Assembly: GCA_051362555.1 (NCBI GenBank)
Contig: CM120641.1
Span: forward strand, 29,146,401-29,210,400
Direction of reading: 5' to 3'
Length of the DNA: 64,000 nt
Source: Lingula anatina
Taxonomy: Eukaryota > Animalia > Brachiopoda
In this document: piece by piece, positions 49,049 to 60,741 of the stretch
How the letters are laid out: each line of letters starts with the position of its first letter
How positions within the stretch are numbered: position 1 is the first letter of the stretch
Translations under genes and position numbers: made by a program
The notes under the pieces: model-generated
Told to the model about the DNA's origin: nothing
What the model saw: only the letters and a program-made list of their open reading frames with translations
Databases searched by the model: none

Positions 49049-52000
49049 GACTCTCACTCTTAGAAAGATACATGACCTACTGTGATGTGTACAAGAAGAG
49101 GGGTGGTTCGAGTCCTGGCTCAGATGACGACGATCAAGATGTACTGTACCAACGTCAAGGCCATTACAACCCATTCCTCCTTACAAAACTCCTCAAAAAC
49201 TACAGATCACATCCTGCTATCCTCAAGCTTCCAAACGAACAGTTCTACGACAACGAGCTAGAAGCCTGTGCTGACCGACTTGCCAGGGAGTCCCTCTGCA
49301 ACTGGGAAGGTTTACCAAAAATGGGGTGTCCCTTTGTATTGCATGGAGTGGTTGGGGAGGACATGAGGGAGGAAAGGAGTCCATCATTCTTCAATCCAGA
49401 AGAAGCAACTATTGTGTTGGGATATGTGGAGAAGCTACTGGAGGCCAGAGGCATCCGAGTCTTGCAGAATGAAATTGGAATTATTTCCCCCTACAGAAAA
49501 CAAGTGAGGGAAATATGACAGAGCTTATTCCATGATGAATACAGGCAACCCCTTCCCAGTCCCTCTCCCTTTTCAAGTTACTAACAACAGTTTGCAATAT
49601 CAAATCGGGCTTCACGCCAAATGCCAATTCATTGAAGCTGCCTAGTAAAACTTTGCAAATTTGTTTACAATTATTAACTGGGCCTTTTTGCTGAGTTAGG
49701 GCAATAGATTCTAAGAATGTGGCGTAGCTCTAAAGAGCCAGTAGTCAACATTCTTTAAAGGTCCAACATTCCATTTACCTTAAAGTACAGCCACAATACA
49801 TCTGAGTTAATAGTATGTTATAGATATGGTACTGTTAGGCTTATGAAAAGCCCTACTTTAACTACAGAAGTGTACATGTGATAAAGTATAAAGAAAAATT
49901 TAAAAAATTAAAATTAAAATTGTGGTGAATTTGCTCACTCCCATCTCACATGGCAAATTCAATTACTAATCCACCTGAGCTTGGTTATAATGTAATGTAC
50001 TAACAATATGCAGCCTGTTCAGAGTTATGGCTATATAACTACTAGTAAAATAAGATAAAGATAAAGTAAATGCTGAATGTAACGGATGAGTATTAAATCA
50101 GGCGCGTAGCCAGGGGGGGTTCGGGGGTTTTAAAGAACTGCCACTTTTGCTGGGAAAAGGTCCACTGTGGGTAAAATTTGATCTAGGTACATGAAGTTTT
50201 TATGGAAAAGGTCCACTTTTTCAGAAAAAGAACCCCCCTTTTGAAATTGCTGGTTACGGGCCTGTAAATGCACAGACATCCCTTTTTATTCTCTCCACAG
50301 GTTCAAAAACTGAGGCAACTGCTGTTCAAGAAAAACTTTCGGGACATAAAGGTGGGCAGTGTGGAGGAATTTCAGGGTCAGGAGAGACGGGTCATCATGG
50401 TGTCCACCGTGAAGAGTAACCCCGATTACCTGGCTCTGGACGCAGAGTTCAAGCTGGGCTTTTTAAAGAACCCAAAGGTCAGTCATTTGTACACTTATGC
50501 ATGTGGACACACAAACTGGGGTAGAGTTAACACTGCCCAATTAAGCCAAATGCTAAAACTGACTTCAATTGGCTAAACAAAATAGGGTTGATTTGACTTA
50601 TTTTAGTCAAATTTAAACCATTTTGGAGAAAAAAGTGATGAAAAAGTAGTAATTTGGCTTTAGAAAAAATTGCTAGTGCCACCTCAGCATATGGTAATAA
50701 CTTGATTTTTTTCAGTAGGGGGGGAAATCGTGAATTTTACAGATGCGGTATTTTTTAGGCCATTAATTTTTAAAATTTTGATACTCCTACCCAATTCCTA
50801 TTGGATGGTCACAACAGAATAAAAAAGTAAGCTACTCTATAGTTCTAATCTGTGCAGTAAGAGTACCACTAATACTATATACTTCATGTGTTTATAAAGG
50901 TATACATTTGAAAGTTTGATAATTTTTGCCCATTAGTGTTAGTGATTAGTGATAGTGTCGTTACCATGATTGTGCTGTGGCATGTGTACATGCGTGAACA
51001 CATAATTCATAAGACTTTGTACATGTGGATGTGCACACACATATTTTGAAATGTAAGGTTATTTAAACAGCTATAGTCCATACTATTTTCATCACCATTT
51101 CTTTCCACTATGGCACTGCAGAGACTATGCCATGTGATGCGGAATTCACAGAAGAGATATGAACAGTTAGTCTCAGACTATACTGTCTTCAGTGTTAACC
51201 TGCACATACAGTTACATGTGGGATTAATTTTTTTTCAGAGGTTTAATGTGTCGATCACAAGAGCAAAGGCCCTATTGATTGTTGTAGGGAATCCGTTTCT
51301 TCTTTCGCAAGATGAACATTGGAACAGGTGAAGTGAATTATTTTAATTTATTTGATCAGTAAGCAAAAAAAGTTCAATCAAATTATAAGACTTTTTCAAA
51401 CCAAACACAAATCAGCCATGTTAGGTTCAAAATTTTTTTCCTTTATTTAATCTTTATTTAATCTCATTGTTTCTAAGAACTCTTGTTCAGACAGACAGAC
51501 AAACCAACAAAAAAAGAAATGTTAAAGATTTAATAAAGTTCATAAATTAAATTTTTAATGTTTGTTCAGACAGACTGACAAAAAAAAAAAAAAAAAACAG
51601 AGGATAGAAAGATTAAAAAGAGAAAGCTATCATGTTTTAGTTCAGACAGACTGTTAAATGAAAAAAAAATAGAAAAAAAAAGGAAAGTTAAAAAACATGT
51701 AAATTAAACTCCAAACTGACAGACAAAATAGTGTCTACTAGGCAATTCTTTCTTTTATTGTGAATGAAAGTCCATACAGAAAGACAAAAGAAAGTAGGCA
51801 ATTCTTTCTTTATTTTCAACTTCTCTTTGGTGTAGTTTCCTTAAGTACTGCCTCGAGAAAAAAGCGTACACAGGATGTGATTACGATGACCCTACTGATC
51901 AGCTCGACGATGTCGTAGAGAGGTTTGCTGCAGTGAATATTAAGCAGTCAGGTACGAGCAGGATTTATTGCAATCAATTTCTCTGTTGAATATTTTATTT

Positions 52001-52206
52001 TCTCAGATTATTGGCTATAAATAATCTAAATCATTAGGACTGAAAAGTCAGAATTTCAAATAAATTGCATGCACATGTACTATCTACTAGCTGTCATCTT
52101 GCATTTTCATTACTTAAAGTCCATTTTCAAGAGCAACTATTTTCTTCTTGTCTGTCATGTTATTCAGACGTACGACAAGTAATGTGTCCAAGATTTATTG
52201 ATTTTA

Positions 52207-52244
<38 letters not shown>

Positions 52245-52350
52245 TGCACCATTTAAACTTTTTTGGGAATATATTATTTTTCAAGATGTAACCATGGATG
52301 TCAGCCAGGTTCAGTTGCAAGAGGACCCCGAGTGGAGAGGAGAGGCCTAA
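49049..52350 (+). CDS. MOV10: MOV10 RNA helicase (UPF1-like SF1), C-terminal about 300 aa only; 5' exons not found in the window
   Basis: Exons 49049-49503, 50301-50477, 51239-51327, 51836-51951, 52286-52350, all in frame. [87 protein letters not shown], C-terminal DPEWRGEA*. Confidence 0.9.
50099..50264 (-). mobile_element. hAT-like MITE with 5-bp TSD (copy 2)
   Basis: Reverse-oriented homolog of 14483-14652; TAAAT on both sides. Confidence 0.85.
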
Positions 52351-55300
52351 TTTTAACTCTGTATTCTCAACTGTATTCTCAACTCAGATTCTTCTGTGAT
52401 CAAGAGGAAATGCAAGATCTTTTACTAGGGGACCCTGAATTTGAAAATCAAAATATTATGACGAATAAGACATGGAGGCTAGAGAAACTGATATAATATA
52501 ATATTGTTGACCACGATATAAAGCTGCCTCATGTATATTAAACTATGACATCTACCTGTAAACGCAGACTTATCAAACCTTGCAAGTTCATCTTTTTTTC
52601 TGGAGAATGGTACATTCAAGTGACATGACGTTTATTATGAAACAATTGAGGATATTACTTACTTAAGCCATATTTTATGGTGCTTGAAACTGTGGGCATT
52701 TTTTGTCACTTGATTTTAGAGAGATTTTGATAGATATCATGTAGTCAGATTAGGTACAACTCTGTTAAAGAACTTGTGAATCACTAATTGTATGAAAATA
52801 ATCAAAATTGGGGTTTGAATAATGCTTCAATAATTGTCTTAATCATTTTGACTTGAGCCTATTTTATCTGTGAATATCAAATTTTAATATTTTTAATAAC
52901 ATTTTATCAGTGTATTTCAGATATGCTTCATGAAAAAGTTTTAAATTGACAGGAGTATTTTTATAATAAGTCAGTTTTAGAAATCAAATTGATTCTATAC
53001 AGTGAAAATGTAAAATTCCAGAGTATATTTTTAACCAATGTTTTCTGTAATGTATCATACAGTGTGACTGTGTTTGTTCTCACCCTATGGGGAGGCAGAG
53101 CCTTCAAACTAACTATTCCTTGCACTTGCTTTACTAAATGTTTGAAGCTGGTTTGTAGTCTAAAATCTGAGCCTATAAAGACTTAGCTGGCTAAGTTGCA
53201 CTTCACAGTTGTAAGAATCTTACAGATAGCCTAGGCCAGAAATAACTGATAAGTTGCAATGACTCACTGTAAAAAAGGTTGGTAGATTGCATGAATCTAT
53301 TTGTGGTCTAAATTTTGTCTTTTATGCATATGTTTAATGAGAATAGCATCCAAAGGTTAAGGTTGGGCTTTCACTACACCAATCCCCTATTCCCCAAGAA
53401 AAGGTGCAAGAAAAGTTCTGATTTAATCAAAACTAGAGTATTGTTCGCTCATTAACCAAATTATCAATTTTGCCTCATTTTTTCCAGTCTTTTTACTTTC
53501 TTTTCACTTTCCTTTGATTTACATTTTGATTGTCTTGGCAAGTCTTTTACTTGCAGTGGTGTCAGTAGCCCATTTATGTATATTCTACTCATCAACTGTG
53601 GACCAATCATTCTTAAAAAATTGTAGTTGTAAGACAATATCGCAAAGTTGACTTTGTATAGTTGGCTATCCAGATTTAGCAGTCTAAGCTTAATTTTTTT
53701 GTGAAACGGTTCCCTTTTTTCAATGAGCCAGTATACAGTACCTAATCAGTATTGAATTTACATATTTTATCTTTATCAGCACAATAAGAATCTTGCCATC
53801 TACTTTGAATTTTCATTGTTATTAACATTTTAGAATTGTTATGGAATTAAGCTAATTATGTTATCAGTAAGAACAAGATGTTATTATAATGATACATTTA
53901 TGTACTGTGTAGATGCCAGTGCACTACTAAATTATGAGGAGAAATTTTTAATATTCTTTGGGATGGAGGAAACACAATTAATGAGGTTTTGGGGATTATC
54001 TTAATTTTGTGCAAAATTGGGCAACAGACAATGGTAATTTATGTACTAAAAATATATCAATAAAGCAAAAAAGAATGATAGTGCTAAGCTTTGTGGTGGA
54101 ACCAAAATTTTAAGAAACAGATTTTATGGGGTTGCAAAATATCGTGTGTATCACGTCTATAGACCTAGCAGTATAAAAAGCCTTATAATTCTTGCAAGTG
54201 GTTTCTTCTTAGTAATTTGGACATTTAAGGTAAATTGAGGACAACACCGCTTCACTAAGAAATGACGTAAAGTCACAAACTACAACGAAGATGGACTGTG
54301 AATTATACAAAAGTAATGTCTGATCGGAGAGTGGGGGTGCATTCGAAACACATGACCTATTGTCACTCTTACGTAGTTTTTTTTTAATTACACATACACC
54401 ATAATAATAACTTTAGCTAGAAGACACATTTTGTACGTCTAGTTCTAAGGACATAAGCCTACGGATGTATCCAATATATATTAGATGGGGTTGGGGTTTT
54501 TTACCCCTCCTAAAATAAATTTTAAAACTCGGTCAGAACTTATAATTTGATATTAAATAACTTAATTATAAATTTATAATTGTATATATATGCATTTAAA
54601 AAAGTCATCAAATCACGTTCCAAGACCTAAATATTTTCGTAATGTACGCCTTATGACACTTGATAACGTTCACGTGATTCAGATGAAGACAAAATGTGTC
54701 AAAAATATCTGAAATCGATATTGGGAAAGGGTTTAAGGGAATGATGTAAGGCACATGAGTAAACTGTGGTCACATAAAGAGATAATTCTAGTTTTTTATG
54801 TAATTATGCAAACATTTTCCGACTCATGCATGCCTCAAAGTATGGGAAGTTTAAATATTTTAAATATCGAAGGCTTTAAAAATATCCTATGTGGATAATA
54901 TTTACACGTTTTTAATACTAACAAAAATTAGACTGCTTTAAATAGGTATTACGACATGCACGTTTATTTTTGACACATTTTGTCTTCAACTTCGGTTGAA
55001 TTTTTCACAGTAATGAATGTTTGCTAATTGCTTTCTAAGAGAATGCAGTTTTTGCCGTTTAAAAAATTTGACTTTTCCCTGTCACCATTTCGTCTAGCTA
55101 ATCGTGGATGTAACTGAATTATAGATTCTATCAATGGCTAAAATATTACAAAAAAACATCAAACTGAAAATAATGACCCGCGACAAAAGACGCCCCGAAA
55201 AGTTTCTTTTTTCAATTTTTAAAAACCGGGCGACACCTCGAAGGTGGCCGCATTATTGCGTTATTCAAAAAATTCTAGTTATTTTCGGAGACGTTTAAAC

Positions 55301-55510
55301 GTCAGATTTAGTTGCTAGGCTGATGTAAGTAAAGTTTCACTTGGACAAACAATTCTTACGTTTAGTAATATAAAAAAAAGATAAATGGGCCTACACATAT
55401 ACTTGCATTATCTTTATAAAAAATCTTTTTCTGTTTCTGCTCAACTCATAACTCATGTTACTGGTGTGGGAGTACTGATAACCCGACGCCATGAAGGGAG
55501 ACGTCAGTTG

Positions 55511-55830
55511 TTAATTATTACCTAAATCAGTTGACGTTTTGAATATAGACATATACATTCACTCGTTTCTTCTGCCTTGCATTAGTAATATGATCCACTA
55601 CTGCTATCTTCCAGGCTATTAATTATTACCTAAATCAGTAGACGTTTTGAATATAAAAATATACATTCACTCGTTTCTTCTGCCTTGCATTAGTAATATG
55701 ATCCACTGCTGCTATCTTCCATGCTATTAATTATTACCTAAATCAGTAGACGTTTTGAATATAAAAATATACATTCAGTCGTTTCTTCTGCCTGGCATAA
55801 GTAATATGATCCACTGCTTCTATCTTCCAG
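55511..55830. repeat. 108-bp tandem repeat, 3 copies
   Basis: TTAATTATTACCTAAATCAG at 55511, 55619, 55727. Confidence 0.92.
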
Positions 55831-56389
55831 TTTTGTAAATCAATATAATTTGTTTTTTCATTTTTCAGAATAACAAGTCAGCTGATTACAAAATGTGTTT
55901 CAGAGTACTTGGGTGACTGAACATGCTAAGTCCAGTGTACTTCCAATTGTCTCTCTACAATTCACTACAATCAGAACAACCATACTCCCTCAGGCTGCCT
56001 CAAAAATGCAGTCACCCTACGCCAAATTACATTATCCACATTTTGGATCAGTGTTCAAATACACGCACACTAAAGTAGCCTGCGAGAAGTTCACAGCTAC
56101 CAGCTTAACGGACATCGGACCTATAAAAATTTTAGGGAGAAGGTATGTTGCTCAGAAATTTTCATCAAATTTGCCTGCACATTTCACAGACATTGCTTAG
56201 AACTTATTACTCTTATTATAAACAAACTGACAGGCAGAATAATCAAAATATAAAATATAAAAGAAAATGTATATGTTGATAAGATATTATTACCAACTTT
56301 GCGCATCACTATCAAAGGCCATCCCCTTTGAACAAGTTGACCATTGGTGACAACAAGAACGCCATCATGTGACTATACGTCAACAAAGG

Positions 56390-56423
56390 TATAAAAGCGC
56401 AAAATTTTAAAAGTGCGTTCACT
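56390..56423 (+). promoter_or_regulatory. TATA box and initiator
   Basis: TATAAAAG at 56390-56397 and TCACT with its A at 56421, 31 bp downstream; followed by CpG-rich sequence. Confidence 0.55.
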
Positions 56424-56782
56424 CAACAGCGGACAGATCTGGAGCAACAGGACGGATGCCATGTGCTGCGCCCTGTATCAAGCACAAAGGACACGGGAGT
56501 CGACTCCCATTTCTCCGAATCTTCTACTCATCCTACGTCAACGCATCGCTCTTCGACATATTGTTCCCTGCACACGCAGACGTCTAGACGGTGGATTCGG
56601 CGTTTCTCTTAGCTGGCCAGCTAAAATCTTCGCTTCTCCCCACGAGGAATCGTCGCTCGGTCATCTTCGCAGGATACTTCACCTTTTTGCTGTCGTGGGC
56701 TGGAGTCGTAGTGTCATTGCATATTCCCATGCTTTCCAGGTTTCTTTTTATTACAGGTCCAGGAAGCAGACTGCAAACTGGT

Positions 56783-57690
56783 GGGCGCCACCTGTGGGAC
56801 TTCGACTACACTCCTTAAGGTATGTAATCTTTTTTTCTTTTTGGAAGGGGGGTTTGAGAAATGAAAGAAATCTAATCTCGTTTTTATTTCTGTTTACAGG
56901 ACATAGAAGATGATGGGCGCCACCTGTGGGACTTCGACTACACTCCTTAAGGTATGTAATCTTTTTTTCTTTTTGGAAGGGGAGTTTGAGAAATGAAAGA
57001 AATCTAATCTCGTTTTTATTTCTGTTTACAGGACATAGAAGATGATGGGCGCCACCTGTGGGACTTCGACTACACTCCTTAAGGTATGTAATCTTTTTTT
57101 CTTTTTGGAAGGGAAGTTTGAGAAATGAAAGAAATCTAATCTCGTTTTTATTTCTGTTTACAGGACATAGAAGATGATGGGCGCCACCTGTGGGACTTCG
57201 ACTACACTCCTTAAGGTATGTAATCTTTTTTTCTTTTTGGAAGGGGAGTTTGAGAAATGAAAGAAATCTAATCTCGTTTTTATTTCTGTTTACAGGACAT
57301 AGAAGATGATGGGCGCCACCTGTGGGACTTCGACTACACTCCTTAAGGTATGTAATCTTTTTTCTTTTTGGAAGGGGAGTTTGAAAAATGAAAGAAATCT
57401 AATCTCGTTTTTATTTCTGTTTACAGGACATAGATGATGGGCGCCACCTGTGGGACTTCGACTACACTCCTTAAGGTATGTAATCTTTTTTCTTTTTGGA
57501 AGGGGAGTTTGAGAAATGAAAGAAACTCATCTCGTTTTTTAATTCTGTTTACAGGACATAGAAGATGATGGGCGCCACCTGTGGGACTTCGACTACACTC
57601 CTTAAGGTATGTAATATTTTTTTCTTTTTGGAAGGGAAGTTTGAGAAATGAAAGAAATCTAATCTCGTTTTTATTTCTGTTTACAGGACA
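56783..57690 (+). repeat. 132-bp tandem repeat, about 7 copies (52-nt exon-like + 80-nt intron-like)
   Basis: GGGCGCCACC recurs every 132 bp from 56783; each unit has AAG|GTATGT, CTAAT, a pyrimidine tract and TACAG|G. Confidence 0.96.
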
Positions 57691-57749
57691 CAACTGCAAG
57701 GAGACACCCCACATCTACACTTAAGCTACTTCGACCATCCCTTGGAGCC

Positions 57750-58640
57750 AGCGAGTCCTGCCATGGTCTCTCTACGAGGTGGCTTCACTGGGGAAGCGTC
57801 CAGCGAGTCCTGCCATGGTCTGTCTACGAGGTGGCTGCACTGGGGAAGCGTCCAGCGAGTCCTGCCATGGCCTGTCTACGAGGTTGCGGCACAGGGGAAG
57901 CGTCCAGCGGGTCCTGCCATGGTCTGTCTACGAGGTGGCTGCACTGGGGAAGCGTCCAGCGAGTCTTGTCATATGGTGTTTCAATGAGATGGAAACCACT
58001 TAAAGGTAAGCCTGACTGCAGAGTGCTGACATAGTATGAAAAGTCATTAATTCATTTTTCTTTCTGTTGACAGAACACAACTGCAAGGAGACGTCCCACA
58101 TCTACACTTAAGCTACTTTGACCATTCCTTGGTGCCAGCGAGTCCTGCCATGGTCCGTCTCTTTGATGTGGCTGCACTGGGGAAGCGTTCAGCGAGTCCT
58201 GTCATGGCCTGTCTACGAGGTGGCTGCATTAAGGAAGCGTCCGGCGAGTCCTGCCATGGTCTATCTGCGAGGTGGCTGCACTGGGGAAGCGTCCAGCGAG
58301 TCCTGCCATGGTCCGTCTACGAGGTGGCTGCACTGGGGAAGCGTCCAGCGAGTCCTGCCATGGTCTATCTGCGAGGTGGCTGCACTGGGGAAGCGTCCAG
58401 CGAGTCCTGCCATGGTCTGTCTACGAGGTGGCTGCACTGGGGAAGCGTCCAGCGAGTCCTGCCATGGTCTGTCTACGAGGTGGCTGCACTAGGAAGCGTC
58501 CAGCGAGTCCTGTCCAACGTTTCATGGCAACTGCAAGGAGAAGAGGGCCACTTGCACACTTCCGATACATCCCTCAATCCTTGGTGCCAGTGAGTCCTGC
58601 CACGGTCTGTTGAAGAGGCTGCATTGGAGAAGCGTCTGAA
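57750..58640 (+). repeat. 52-bp GC-rich tandem repeat in two blocks (about 4 and about 8 copies)
   Basis: Unit AGCGAGTCCTGCCATGGTCTGTCTACGAGGTGGCTGCACTGGGGAAGCGTCC; a diverged single copy near 59170-59225. Confidence 0.95.
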
Positions 58641-59483
58641 GCATATGGTGTTTCACTGAGGCGGAAAAACCTGCAAGGTAACCCGTGTTACTGGCGAGAA
58701 CAATACACTAAAATTAATTTTTCAGCAGCAGTCTGTGCCATAAACTTTTCACCCTACTGGCCATTCAGTCCACCTTCTTTCCTAAAAACTAGATATAGAT
58801 GTCTGAATCTTGATTCACTGGTTCGAATACAAAGTTCAATAGGACTAGACTGGATTGCATTAATATTTGTATTAACAAGACCTTGACATTTTTCTCGAAT
58901 CATGATGTAACAGTTACATTTAAAATAAATCAAAAGCTCTTCTTCATACTTATAGAAAAAATCTAACAGCCATGTCACCAAATTGACACATTCTGGAAAT
59001 CTACCGATTCCAACAATTTTTCTGGCTGCAGACTGCTTTTGATATACAATTTTTGAAAACTAATCAAATTTTCCTTTCTATTTACAGAACTCAATTAGGG
59101 CAATTCCTGATAAAGTCCCGCTTTTTTGAAAGAGGTGCAAGAAGAGGGTCACATTCAATCCTTGGTGCATGGTTGAGTCCTGCCATGGTCTGTATGTTAG
59201 GGGGCTGCATGGGGGAGCATCAGAAGCATATGGCGTTTCACAGAGATGGAAACCTATCAAGCCTTAAAAGGTACATATCACTCATGTTTTTGGGGGAAAA
59301 AACTAAATTGTCATTCATTGTATAGATAATACAAATCTTTTATCAGTGCAACTCCAACAAACTGAGCATTTTGTGCAAGGTCTTAGACAATTGTTTTAAG
59401 AATGTTTGGGACCTGTCACTCGGTGCAGGCATGTTTTCTATTTACAATTTACTCTAGCAAATTCAGTGCTCATTTTTCACAGG

Positions 59484-60741
59484 TAAAAAGCTCTTTTAAT
59501 TTGTCACAGATGTGGAAAAACCTTATCATTCATACAAAATATTTTGACATGCCATTCGTCAACTTTCAGATCCTCAACAGTCTCAATATTCTGCAGAACA
59601 TTGTCAATGGTCCAGATCACGTGGAGCTACCGCCCCCACCACCCACCACCACCAATGTGACTCCGGGGCGTGGTCACTGGTCCAGATTACTTGGAGCTAC
59701 CGCCCCCACCACCCACCACCACCAATGTGACTCCGAGGTGTGATTCACTGGTCCAGATTACTTGGAGCTACCGCCCCCACCACCCACCACCACCAATGTG
59801 ACTCCGAGGTGTGGTCACTGGTCCAGATTACTTGGAGCTACCGCCCCCACCACCCACCACCACCAATGTGACTCCGAGGTGTGGTCACTGGTCCAGATTA
59901 CTTGGAGCTACGGCCCCCACCACCCACCGCCACCAATGTGACTCCGGGGCGTGGTCACTGGTCCAGATTACTTGGAGCTACCGCCCCCACCACCCACCAC
60001 CAACAATGTGACTCCGAGGCGTGGTCAGTGGTCCAGATTACTTGGAGCTACCGCCCCCCCCCCCACCACCACCAATGTGACTCCAGGGCGTGGTTACTGG
60101 TCCAGATTACTTGGAGCTACCGCCCCCAACACCCACCACCAATGTGACTCCGGGACGTTGTCACTGGTCCAGAAATTGTATACTAGCAGCTACCACCCCC
60201 ACCTCCAGTGCTGTGGTTGTGGTAATAAAAGGCCACCGTAGAAGTGAGTATTTATTTCCATCTCTCTATATTGTTCAGATTGTTAGGCATTTTCCTGGTT
60301 TATATGCCTCCCTTTACGCCTCTTGTTCTCCAGTCACTTTCTTTTTGTAGAATCTTGGCACTCTCCCAATCAATGTTTTTTTGTGATGGTTCGTTGTAGC
60401 AGAAGGCTACCTTGGGCTGTAGTGTATTTTTCCCTCTTCGGGTACCCTTTCTTATTCCTTCCCGTGTTCAACTTTCTCTTTGTCTCTCCCATATAAATCC
60501 TTCACAAATTAAACACTTGATGGAATACTAGTACACTCCTCCCGCTGGATCTAGATTGTTCAGGCTTTACTTAAACTTGTCTTTGAGTAGAGTCGTTTAA
60601 ATGCTGTTAGTGTTCCTTTTCCTTCGTTAAAACTAATTTGTGCAATACCCCATTGTGACATTAAGTCTGAAGGTCGCCAGTGGCATGTCAAAATATTTCG
60701 CTTGAATGTTTTTTCCAAGTTTGTGACAAAAGTGCTTTTTA
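59484..60741 (-). mobile_element. Penelope-like retroelement 3' fragment (GIY-YIG endonuclease remnant) with inverted terminal segments
   Basis: - strand frameshifted YSIKCLICE / IYMGETKRKLNT (about 60527-60452) and NIDWESAKILQKESDWRTRGVK (about 60377-60312); 59484-59570 and 60666-60741 are diverged inverted copies. Confidence 0.72.
59608..60200. repeat. 70-bp tandem repeat, about 8 copies, C-rich on + strand
   Basis: Unit GTGGTCACTGGTCCAGATTACTTGGAGCTACCGCCCCCACCACCCACCACCACCAATGTGACTCCGAGGT; starts 59811, 59881, 59951. Confidence 0.96.

Larger units (their letters stand above)
56421..59270 (+). ncRNA. Putative multi-exon spliced lncRNA (or smORF transcript) built from amplified exons; may extend to about 61900
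   Basis: Consecutive AG/GT-bounded segments 56757-56819, 56900-56951, 57032-57083, 57164-57215, 57296-57347, 57427-57475, 57555-57606, 57687-58005, 58074-58677, 59088-59270; no long ORF. Transcription is inferred, not observed. Confidence 0.5.

Noticed and set aside
19740-52350. IFI27-like and MOV10 as an antiviral gene cluster
   Set aside because: They are separated by unrelated housekeeping genes and the MOV10 placement may be artefactual.
56413-56913. 166-aa ORF in the ORF track
   Set aside because: Starts at GTG, runs through intron-like repeat sequence and has no recognisable domain.
59402-60350. Proline/threonine-rich ORFs (ELPPPPPTTTNVTP) resembling a mucin or extensin
   Set aside because: The 70-bp unit is not a multiple of 3, the frames hit stops regularly, and the array is continuous with a Penelope 3' end.
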